NCBI GenBank assembly: GCA_051294375.1 | Contig: CM119263.1 | Coordinates: forward strand, 25,567,394-25,631,393 | Direction of reading: 5' to 3' | Length of the DNA: 64,000 nt | Source of the DNA: Paraspadella gotoi | Lineage: Eukaryota; Animalia; Chaetognatha | Shown: piece by piece, positions 19,680 to 30,813 of the stretch | Layout: each line of letters starts with the position of its first letter | Position numbering within the stretch: position 1 is the stretch's first letter | Made by a program: the position numbers and the translations under genes | The notes under the pieces: generated by a model | Told to the model about the DNA's origin: nothing | Databases searched by the model: none | The model's input: only the letters and a program-made list of their open reading frames with translations

Positions 19680-22600
19680 ATTTTCTTTTTTTCTGTTTTT
19701 CTTTTTTTATTTTTTTCTTTCTTTCTTTTCTTTTCTTTTCTTTTTTCCTGCTTCCTCTTTTTTATTCTTTACTTTTTTCTTCTTCATTTTTTTTTTCATT
19801 CTTTACTTTTTTTCAATCTTAATTCCTTTTCTCCCTCTTTACTCCTTTTTATTCTTTCATGTTTTATTTTTTATGTTTTTCTTTCTTTATTATAGAAAGA
19901 CCAGCACAAGGAAGCTTTGCAGATGCTGAAGTTTTATTCCAAAATCAACAAGTACAAGTCGCTGTTGGAAACTGATCATTTAGTCCAAGCGAACGCTATC
20001 AGGTTTTAAAAAGATTCATTTTTAATTTTTATTTATTAAAAGCGATATTTTTATAGTATATTTGCATCATGATCTGAATATGAAGAAATGCGATGATACA
20101 AAATCGATCTGTTTCTTGAGGCGATACGAGCAATGTTGGCTGCCGATGGTGCGTTCGCACGGTTGGGACGCCCGTTGGTTGGTGGCGCCACTCGACATCG
20201 AGTTTGTCTGGACATCGCACATCATGATGAACCCCAATGGATACGCAGAGGTCGGAAAGGGGAAGGGAGGATCAGTCTATATAGTTATAGTAATGTACTA
20301 ATGTTAGGGTTATAAATAAATAATTTTACCGTATCATTTCCCTTATTTTTTACCGGAATTCCAGAATTTGTCAAGGATTTCTTAATCCTTTAATATTGTT
20401 TTCCTTGCTTTAATAATAACAACAACAACAACAACAACAACCACAACAACAACAACAACAACAACAACAACAGAAAAAGCTTTTTCCAAAGGTGTATTAC
20501 CAATTTGGTTATGACTTAATCACAGACTTATCGTCGGCTTAATCCCATAACTTTGGTTCTACTACAAAAATCAAGGCTGATAAGTGATAAGCAATCATCA
20601 ATAACAGCGATAAGTCAGAGAAAAAGACTGCAATTACGCATTCCTCCCCAATCCACATAGGATTGCAAGGCCCTCGGGGCTTCTGGACTCATCGAGCATC
20701 AATTCATGTCCAAGTCAAAATCGAAGCCGCAAATTCATCGCACTAAGAAGATCTGGAAAAAGTGGTTCCCCAAAGAGCCCTACAAAGCGAGTTGTTTTTT
20801 TCCCCTTCTTGTTTTTTATTTTTATTTTTTTGATGACGTGGAAGAGTTTACGAGCGACTGTTTTGAATTTAATACTACTATAATATTAATCTAATTCCTT
20901 AAATTCAATTCAACAATCATGTTTTAAATAATAATAAGAGACAACAACAACAATGAACGAAACGACTGATCGTTTTCGTACTCAAGTGTGAAGTTCGTAA
21001 GCATATTTTTATAACTGTCAGTTTATAACGATGATTTGTTAATTCGTTGCTTCGTCAATTTCTCGTCTTCTCGTCAGGCGAAACTAAATCCTGTAAAGGA
21101 AGTGATAGGCGTGGCGCCGGAAATGACCGTCGACTACGACGCCGGCGCCTTCGAGTCCAAGATCAAAACGGATCTCAGGTGAGTCGATCGATCCAATAAT
21201 CAATCTACGTCGAACTGACAAAACAATTGTACAATCAATCGCTCGATCAAAGGACCGCGGTTCTGCGCCACGCGGATTTCATCTATCAGATTCATATCCC
21301 GCATCACTGGGCCGACGGGTTCGTTTACGACGCCGTCAAGAAATACTTGCGAATTCTGGAGATGAAGAAGGTAAGTGGCAGGAAAGTCAAACTCATTAAA
21401 TCCCCGACAGCGTTCATAGAAACTTTGTATTTGAATAAAATAATAAATGGAATTACGATTTGAAAAGATTATGACGATATTAATAATTACTATTGTATTG
21501 ACGATTAGTGATTTCTCACATTTACCTTTTGCAGCAACAACCGGAACTGACATTGGCGATGCCGCTGGATGTGACCCTCATATGGATGAGTCACCTGCTG
21601 AACCCGCAGGCGTACAGCTCGCACTGCGAAAAAGCGCACGAGGATCAGATCATTAACCACGACAACACTTTCACCGATCGTTCGCAGGGAGGTCAGTAGT
21701 TTCGACTATAATCATTTTTTATATATAATATCCTTCAAGTGTTATAACCAATTGTTACACTTAGAATCCTTATCCATTCATTCAAAAAAATTATTTGTCT
21801 TGCCCCTGACTTTGGACAGCCTATATTGGCCTCCTTTGAGGCCCTCCATCCCACTTACAAGATAATCATAACAACATAGCGAGACCCTTCGAGCTTGCAG
21901 GCTTGCAGACTCTCACATTCTAGTTTATTAACTCCCAGACTACCTGTCTTCCCGAGCCTCCGATCCGGTTCCGTTTCTGTATCAGAGAGCTCGATTCCAT
22001 TTCGGTGATTTCTCCCCGAGCTTCTGATCCGGTTCCATCTCTGTATCTTTTGCGATGCTATCCACAAAGTGGTATAATGTTTCAATGAACTGTTTCAATC
22101 GTGATTTTATAAAAGGCGCCTTGGTCCAAAACGAGTTGAAAATGAACGAAGCTTGGACGTCGACAGATTTCAAGAAATTCTCGATGCCATTGAGTCGCTA
22201 CGGCGTCTTGTGGCGGGGAGACCCGCCTTTCGGGGACATCAAGCCCTTGACCTCGAGGAGGGAAAACGAGATACTCGTTAATCACGACAAGGTAAGGAAA
22301 GAGAGATCGTGTTCGATGTCGACGCAAAGTAGGGAGCTGGAAAAAGTATGGTTCGAGAATCAACTAAACAAAAACTAGAATAACTAGTCGCGTCTGGATT
22401 TTCTTTTTTTAATTTCTAAAAATTTATCAGTACCTTTTTTAATTTGAAATTTCTGCCTTTCTGTAAATATCATTTATTGGTGTCCTTAGGCTTAGCAAAT
22501 TGTAATATTAAAAAAAAAAAAGGAAAAAGTTTCTTCATGTTTATCTGTTAGTAAGTAAAATTCATATCTTAAAAATAAAATAAATGTATTCGTCTCGAGA

Positions 22601-25600
22601 ATTTCTATTGAACAAAAAGAATGCACAGAATTTCAACAAAAGAACAATATCTTAAAAAATGCAATGACTGGAACAAGATCATTTTTTAACGGGCGCCCAC
22701 GGATTGGTCTCCGTACGAATCATTCTTCCTTTCTCTTCTCCGTTTCTTCTTCCATCTACCTCTCCACTTCCTCTTCTTTCTCCGCTCCTTCCTCCATTTT
22801 TCCTTCCGTCGTCACTTCCTCCTCCACTTCCTCCTCCCCCTTTTTCCTCTCTTCCTCCTCCCGCTCCCCGCTTCTCCTTCGCCGATTCTGATCTCCTCAA
22901 AATCTCTTCCTCGCTCATCGCGCGAACAACTTTTCTAGAGACTCTGATCGGCGCCATTCCCGAAGGCGGCGTCCCGGATTTCGCCGGTCCGGCAGGAGGC
23001 GTCCACGAATAGAGCGCCGGATCTTCCCGCGGCGTCGTTTCGACGGCTGCTGCCGATCGATTCGGCGACATTCTCGTGCGGATCTGTCGTGGCGTTGTAT
23101 CTTGCGCCTCTTTGTTCCGTCCCTCTGTTTTCGGCGTAGAAACCGCGAGTCCGTTTTGACTTTCCTTTTCTTCTTCGACTTCATTTCCTTTTCCTTTCTT
23201 TCTTCCTCCTCGGATTTCGATCTCTTTTCCCTCTTCCTCGCCATCTTCCTCTTCCATATTTTCTCCTCTCATCTGCGTCATCATGGCGCGCACGCTGGCC
23301 AAGTGGCGTCGCTCCAAACGCGTCGTCCGCGCCTCCGCCTCCAAAGCCGTCTTCTCCAGCGCCATCTTCAGTTCGTCGATAAGTCGATCTTTTTCGTCGA
23401 CGAGCGTCTCTAACTCCTCGCTGCGCAACCGCAGCTCCTTCTGATCCTGACGGAGCGCGACGATTTTATCGAAGAAGCGCCCCATCAGCGCTGCTCCGCT
23501 GCCGCCGCTGAAGTCGCCGCCGCCCGCCGCTTCCCCCTGTCTTTCAATGCCGCCCCGCGTCAACTCGCGAAACTTACCCAGCAGCACGGCCTGACTCTGC
23601 CGGACGACTACGTCGGCCGCCCTCACCTCACGCTTCAAGGCTTCGATCCTCGACGTCTTGTGCTCGATTGCGGCGTCGACGGCCTCCAACGCTTCTTCGA
23701 GGACGAGGAGGCGTTGCTCCTCTCCGGGACCCAGCATCGATCCTTCCATCACACGCTCGTCCAGTTTTCTTCGTTCCGCCAGCAAATTCTCTCTCTCTCT
23801 CTCCAACTCAAGCTTTTCCTCTATGGCGATAGCGCTAGCGTCGGGTCTGTTGTCTGCCGCCGGCGGTGGCGCCGACACCGGTGCTTTTAGCGGCGCTGGC
23901 ATTGTCATTTCCAACTCTTTAATGGCCAATCTCGACTTTCTCGCACCGACCCTCGACTCGGCGCTGCGAATTTCCCTCGTCTTCGTCCCCTCTAACCTCT
24001 CCTTCTCCATCACCAGCCTCTCCCTCTCCCGCAGCATCTCGTCCCTGGACTCCAATTCAGCCTTCAGCTTGTCCATCTCCTCCTGCCTCGCCATAACCTT
24101 CTCCATCTCTTCCTCCAGGAACCCCCCGTCGTCGGCTTCTCCACCCGACTGCCCGACATCTTTGGCCGACTTCTTCCTCCTCCTCATCGCCTCCTCGCTC
24201 TTCCTCTTCAGCACCTTCTGCTGCTGCTCGAAGCGGCTCTCCAAACTGCGCAGCCGCTGCTTTTCCCGCTGCAGGTCGCGCTCCAGCTTGCTCTTTTTCT
24301 CCTGCTCTTCCCTCAACTTCTTCGTCGTGTTCTCCTGCTGCGTTTTCAGTTTCTTGATTCCCGCTTGCAACTCGACGGCGCGCTTGTCCGCCGTATCCCC
24401 CTGCTTAACGATCGTCTGGGTAGCCTTCAGCCGAGTCTCCGCTTCCGCCGCGCGCCGTTCTGCGTCGGCCATACGACGGCGCACCTCACCGTCGGCCCTT
24501 CCACCCTCTGCCTCCAACTGCTTGAAGGCCCTCGTGACGGCCTCCAAGTCTGCCTGCGCTTTGTTCTTCTCGCTTTCCAGCTTCTTCACTCTCGTCTGGA
24601 AACCTTCGTTGGCGGCTTTGGCCTCCTTCCCGTTCTTTACCAACTCCCTGATGAGCCCCTCCTTCAACTTGATTGTCAGTGAGAGGTCCTTGAGCTTTTC
24701 TTCGTGTCCGACGACGTTGAGCTTGGAGGCTCTGACGCGCCGCTTAGCGAGGGTGGTTGAAGACCTCACTTGATCGATGAGTTCCGCGTCGCAGCTTGTT
24801 TCTTCTTCTTCGTTGTCTTCTCCGTCGATCCTCGATCTTTTCTCAGCTTCACCGGTGGTCATAGGGCGTGGCCTAATCGTCTCTAAACTATCCGCCGGCG
24901 CATTCAGTGTCCATGTATTTTCATATTTAACCCTCGAGGCTACGAGTCCGCTTTCCGCGCCCCAATCCAGTGTCGAGTCGCTCGGAAAGTCGCGCTCGAG
25001 TCGCTCCTCAAAGTCCTCTTCTTCTTCCGGAAACTTGGGGATTTTCATCTCAAGTCCAGCGTTGACGCGTTCCAAGAACTCCAACCTCCTTCGACGGAAC
25101 GCCTCTTGAATCTTGTTCATCGGCGAATCTCGACACTTATGACAAATCGGGATCGATCCATTGTCTTTCGATTGGCTCGAAGATTTTCGCTCTACGTCGA
25201 CGTCATCGCTGCCTCCGGTCACGTAAATAGCGGGCGTCGATCCTCGACGAGATATTTCATCCTCGTCGTCGTCTCGACGAATCGTTTGTATCGACGCTCT
25301 GGGCGTCCGTTCTTCCAACCTTCTTGCCAACTCCTCGTTTCTCCTCTCCGAATCTTCCAGCTCCTCGAGTAGCTGCTCCACTCGCCGCTGCAGCTCCGTC
25401 GATCTCGACGTATCAACCTCCGACTCGACATTCTCCGCGCGAAACTCCGCCAGCCATTCGTCTATCCGTTGGTCTTGACTCTGCGTCAACGCCCCGCCAA
25501 TTTTGACGTCGCTAATTTGGCGCCAGGCTCGTCTCAACAACGCCTCGTTCCGGTGCAGCTTGGCGCGAAGCGTCTTCGTCTGCTCCACATCCTCGTCCAC

Positions 25601-26506
25601 GTGATGCCGCTCCTGCAGTTGACCCTGCAACTCCTTCACTTCCCTCGTCAAGCTCTCGATCTCGAGGCGGTGCTGGAGGTTCTCCACGTCCGAGGCGTTG
25701 ATCCGAGGGTTATTGTGAATCTTCTTGGCGCGTTCGGCGAAGCGGAGAGAGTTGAGGGTCTCATCGAAGTCATTCGTAGACGGCGAGACGCAACAAATCA
25801 TCAGAGTGAGTGAGTTTCCGCCCAATGAGTCCTTCAGGATCCGGGTGATCTTCGAATCGCGGTAGGGGATGTGAGGCGTCTTGCTGGAACCCGTCGTCGA
25901 TGGCTGAGGCCCGCTCAGTGCGGAGATGACGTTTCCGAGGGCCAAGAGACCGGCATTGATTTGGACGGACTCTTTGAACCGGTCGCCGACGTTGCCCGTC
26001 TTGTTGACGCGCTCGGATCCCGCAAGGTCGACGAAGTGAAACTTGGACGTGAGCCACTTGCCCGTCGACGAGGCGCCGTCGCGTCCCTCAATGACGAGCC
26101 GTTCCAGCGTGAGCGTGAAGACCGTGTGCGACCGGCTCGAGAGTTCGTTCATGTTGGTGGAGCTGGTGTGGCGAATGGCGGCGCCGGCGGTCAGGCATCC
26201 CACGACATCGTCTCGTACGTAGCACTCTCGCTCGACAGCGCCGCAGACGACGGTGTTGCCGCGATCGTCTTCGCGCACGTGGATCTCCTTTCCCAATTCC
26301 ATGTCTAGCAGATCGCGGAGGTTCTCCAGGTAGACCTCGACGAAGGAGACGAAGACACGATGGTGGCTGCTGGCGACGTCTTCCGCGCCGAGTCGATCGA
26401 AGATGGCGTCGATGGCGCGAGGGATCACGCCCATCTCGTCCTCGAGGCGACCGACGAGCTCGTGGCTGATTAAGAGTTGGGGGAAGGGGGCTTTTTGGTT
26501 TATGTT

Positions 26507-26558
<52 letters not shown>

Positions 26559-26596
26559 TTGCTCTTGGCTAGTTTAGGGCTTTCGTTTTATTGCAT

Positions 26597-26635
<39 letters not shown>

Positions 26636-26708
26636 NNNNNNNNNNNTCTTTCTTTCTTTCTTTCTTTCTTTTGCTCTTGGCTAGTTAAGGGCTTTCGTTT
26701 TATTGTAT

Positions 26709-26757
<49 letters not shown>

Positions 26758-29700
26758 CGATCTCATGGCAATATGACGCTTTTCGTTTGATTGATCTTTC
26801 TTGCTTTCTTTTGTTTTTCTTTCTCCCTCCTCACCCGCCCATGGTATAAGTTTTGCCCGACGATGTCTGCCCATAAGCAAAGATGGTGGCGTTGAATCCT
26901 TCAAAAAATCCTTCGATCATCGGCGCCACGCAGTCGACGAAAAGGCGGCGCTGCGTCGTCGCGGCGTCGAGGGCGTGGTCGAAAGCAAAACGCCGGTCTT
27001 TGCCCAGCAGGATCTGGTTCGTCGCCGGGAAGACCTGGACGCAAGTAGGCGGCGCCGTCGGCGTCGTTTTCAAAGGGGAACGCGGTTGAGAGGCAGGTCG
27101 CCGTCGTTTGGTCATGAAGGAGCCGGCGGAAGGAGGCGCCGGTAGAAGGGGACGAACGCGCACGGCGACGCGAACTGGGACGGGGGAGGCGTCGTCCATC
27201 TGGCGAAATAATTTTAGTGATTTTTAAGTGGAAATGTGGAGATATTATTGTATTTAACGTATGACATTCGAAAACTATTTACCTTTTTTTTTTCTGGGAA
27301 ATTGTGCCACTAATTTTCTTGTTATTTCGGTTTTTGACGATAAGTGACTAATTTTCCATGAATTTCTAACCGCGAATTGAAAAACGGAATCATTTTTTCA
27401 AATATTGTTTACCTTAGATGCGGACGAAGAGCTCTGCACGACGGACTCTTCCCGTTTTCTCGGGACGAAGATTCCACACGAAATCCGTCGTCGTCGTCGT
27501 TGTCTTCAAACCAAGAAAACGAACTTTGGACCAGAAATACAAATAATTTTGGATCACGCTATTTGATAAGAGGAAAACTGATTGTCTTTTGTTTTTCTCT
27601 TAAGGGCATTTTGTAATCCGTGCGACATCTACTCCACTCAACGTTGATAGTTAAACTAAATTTAAATTTTTGTAGCAAATGACCAAGGAGTCAAATCAGT
27701 TCTTATATTACTTAAATAAACAGAATAAAATTATAGAAGACAAAACTAACATTTCTCTCCCCCCCCAAATGAATAGAATGAAATAGAAATAAAAAAATTA
27801 AAGAAAATAGTAAAACTTATAAAATTAATATTATAAAATACAAAAGGGTAACATAGTTAAACAAGTAATTATTCAATTTTCATATTCATAGATACGCATA
27901 AGCCCTAATTTATATTTATTGATCACGTATAGGTTCCCGGACGCACTACGACCTTTTCCCTTTCGAAAGGCGAATGGGAAAATGTTCCCATTGACAGCGT
28001 TCCTTGGATCGGAGTTCCCATCTTGCCGGAGCAACTCGCCTCCGGAGCCACAGTCATGACCACCACTAACAAGTGCTTTTCCTATTTCCGGCCGACGATT
28101 TGAAATGAAATTGTTTTAGATGTCATGGTCATTTTAGGATTTTGGATTTAGGATTCAAGGCTTTCCTGGAAATTGATTTTTGTCCTTAACGCTTTTATCA
28201 ACGGAAAAGATTTGGAGAGTCGTGAAATGTATTCTGAACCCATTTAATTTTAGGATTTGGCTGCGTCGACAGACCTTGTTCAACATTAGGGTGACCCACT
28301 CCTTGACGCCGGCTTTTTCGACTTTACTTCTCACTGACTACGACACTCAAGAGCCGTTGGCCTCCGCCCACACCATTGGCCTTAAGGAGCTGCCTAAACA
28401 CTCTGTGGTATAAGTTGTTTGTCATCAATCAATTGTTTACAAGATTGTCTAAGCTTATAGCAGTGATTTCTTATAATGAAATACTTCTTCTCGATTGTTT
28501 CAGGCTGTTTTTAAACTTTATTAACCGTGAGATTTTACACTATTTGCTCGATGATTTTGTGGCCTGATTTATGACTTATGACTTATGACTAATGAACAAT
28601 GACCGTGCCTAGTCCTAAGTTTATGCCTAAGAGAATGCGATGTTATTATTGTTTTCTAATAAAATTAAAAGATGAATTTTTTTATCAAAATAACATTTCC
28701 TCGGATATCGCCCGAGTCTCCGATCCGATTTGCTTTTGGTGGCTTGATACTCCTGCGATGATAAATACTAAAAGCAGAAAATGCAGAAAATGTTCAAAAA
28801 AGGACAAAAACAAAAACGCTCAAAGATTTTTATTTCTGTGGAACTGGTGTCAATTTATGGTAACATTAATGGCGCTGTTGTTTTAGGCTGTTTTAAACTT
28901 TATTAACCGTGAGATTTTACACTATTTGCTCGATGATTTTGTGGCCTGATTTATGACTTATGACTTATGACAATGACCGTGCCTAGTCCTAAGTTTATGC
29001 CTAAGAGAATGAGGTGTTATTATTGTTTTCTGATAGAATAAAAAGATGAATTTTTTTTATCAATATAACATTTCCTCGGATATCGCCCGAGTCTCCGATC
29101 CGATTTGCTTTTGGTGGCTTGATACTCCTGCGATGATAAATACTAAAAGCAGAAAATGCAGAAAATGTTCAAAAAAGGACAAAAACAAAAACGCTCAAAG
29201 ATTTTTATTTCTGTGGAACTGGTGTTAATTAATGGTAACGTTAATGGCGCTGACGTGACGAAGAGTTTTTTTTAACGAATTATAAATTTTTTACGAGACT
29301 TTTTTGTAAGAAACAATTTTAACCTTGTTAACTACAGTTTTTGTTGACAACTGCAATATGCAAATTAGATTGTTGAGAAAGATCCTCAATAAAAATGAAT
29401 ATATATATTTATGTTTTTTGTTTAAAATTCATATTATGCGATGGCGATACGAACCCGGTATAGTAGAATTCCGTCGATAAGAGATTAATCGATTGAATAC
29501 TTAGTTAAAAAACCTCTCTCTCCTCTTTTTTTCTAGTCCGGACTGCTGGGCTACCTGAGATCTCCCGGTTTGAGCCCGAGTCACGAGATGCGCGCAATGA
29601 TCGTGAGAGGACGTCACGACCATGGGATTTTGCTAGCTAATTGGAAGAACTTCAACAACAAGCGTGAGTGACTCCTCTCCTTTGTTTAATCACTTCTGTT

Positions 29701-30813
29701 TAATTATGATTTTAATTGTTCAACAGCGCGCGTTATTTAACCTTCTTTGTTCCCTTTGCGCAGCCAAGGTGGGTCGAGGCGATCAGGGATTCCTGCAGCT
29801 TTACTACTACAATCTACGCAGGCGTCACTGGAACCGCCTTTGCATGGAGGAACATTTCACAATTTGCGGCAATGGACTCGAAGTCGACTATTTTAAACGT
29901 AATCAGTGATGATTAATGGAGTTTAAATGCGAATCATAATAATGATAATAATTATAATCTTGTTCGGTATATATCCATGGGCGCTACCATATATCCGGAC
30001 AAAAGTTAACGTCCTGCGCTGTCGGAACGATTTTAAATACAATAGTAAAATGAGTGCTAAAAGTTTTTTCCAGATTTTTACTTTCATATGCAATGAAACA
30101 ATGTGGAATTAAAACCTAAACACAGTACTATGCAATAGTAGTAGTATAGTAGTACTATGGATATATGCTTATTAGTGAAAAATCGTGCTCTGTGGATTTT
30201 AATCAGAGTACATACCAATGCCTTGACTTACCGCTCCGAAACCCATTCCCCAACCCTGCAGCGCGAATCCGTTTCACACGTCGCCCTACCCACGTCGTGG
30301 AGAACATCACCCTCAGCTTCGCCTGCGCCGTGGTGCATTGTCTGCTGCAGCCGCGCGACGATGAGGGCGCCTTCATCTTCAACGAAAAGTTGAAGAAGGC
30401 GGTGAGGGCCGAAGACGCTCTCATGCTGCACATGGCGGGTGAGGAAATGCGAATGCCTTGATAATTATTTACTCTCTCTCTCTCACCCTTGCCCACCAGG
30501 CTACAACGTGGACGTGCCCTCCAACCACTACCTGAAGACGGCCAACCTGGAGCACGGTCTCTGCGGCGCCTGCGGCTTCTGCGATTTCTGCCGCAAGATG
30601 GAGAAGCGGCGCCGCTGCGACCCGGTTCCCATCTACGGCTTCTTCAGCAGCAGCATCGGCGTCCTCGCCGACGTGGTCGAAGTCGTCCCGAAGCCGCCGC
30701 CGCCGCCCGAGCCCGTCGCCGCCGCAGAGGCCGATGAGAATGGCGGTGACGAAGTAGAAAGCGACGCTGCCGACGCTAACGGCGTCAACGTCGTCGTCAC
30801 GACCGCAAATTGA
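18847..30813 (+). CDS. Glycine-rich domain-containing protein (GRDP/DUF1399-like); 14 exons, 664 aa
   Basis: Exons 18847-18879, 19896-20002, 20121-20250, 20661-20786, 21078-21178, 21253-21370, 21535-21691, 22116-22291, 27933-28072, 28254-28407, 29537-29663, 29764-29898, 30262-30438, 30500-30813 join in frame (1995 nt). Motifs [94 protein letters not shown]. Exon 1 and the link across intron 8 are the least certain parts. Confidence 0.82.
18941..19596 (+). mobile_element. HINE-like element family A, copy 3 (5' inverted repeat missing), in GRDP intron 1
   Basis: CTCTATAATTCACTTTGTCGGTCCGTCGGTCC..AATCTTGTCGGGC head, CCGT/CTGT repeats, one ~155-bp unit, TAAT tract, end CAGATCTGGCATTGTTTGCTCAA. 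Confidence 0.8.
19604..19680. repeat. (TTTC)n microsatellite
   Basis: Direct reading; explains the FLSF-type spurious ORFs. Confidence 0.95.
20413..20472. repeat. (AAC)n microsatellite in GRDP intron 3
   Basis: Direct reading. Confidence 0.95.
21798..22099. repeat. Dispersed repeat family B, copy 1 (GRDP intron 7)
   Basis: TCTTGCCCCTGACTTTGGACAG..CTCCATC..CTTACAAGATAAT..ACTCCCAGA..TACCTG..AAGTGGTATAAT..TGTTTCAAT is shared with 60465-60648. Confidence 0.75.
22679..27199 (-). CDS. KIF27: Kinesin-4 family KIF7/KIF27-like protein, 2 coding exons, 1383 aa, nested antisense in GRDP intron 8
   Basis: Exons 27199-26835 and 26465-22679 join as [13 protein letters not shown]|[13 protein letters not shown]; [105 protein letters not shown], coiled coils, C-terminal [16 protein letters not shown]7 vs KIF27 cannot be separated without a tree. 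Confidence 0.9.
28495..29252. repeat. Tandem duplication of ~380 bp (two near-identical units) in GRDP intron 10
   Basis: Unit 1 ~28495-28878, unit 2 ~28879-29252; both start AGGCTGTTTT(T)AAACTTTATTAACCGTGAG and end GTAAC(A/G)TTAATGGCGCTG. Confidence 0.95.

Noticed and set aside
23658-26308. Long plus-strand ORFs (371 aa, 145 aa etc.)
   Set aside because: Antisense shadows of the GC-rich kinesin coiled-coil CDS.
26505-26760. Duplicated ~100-bp unit in the kinesin intron
   Set aside because: Flanks an N gap within (TTTC)n; most likely an assembly overlap.
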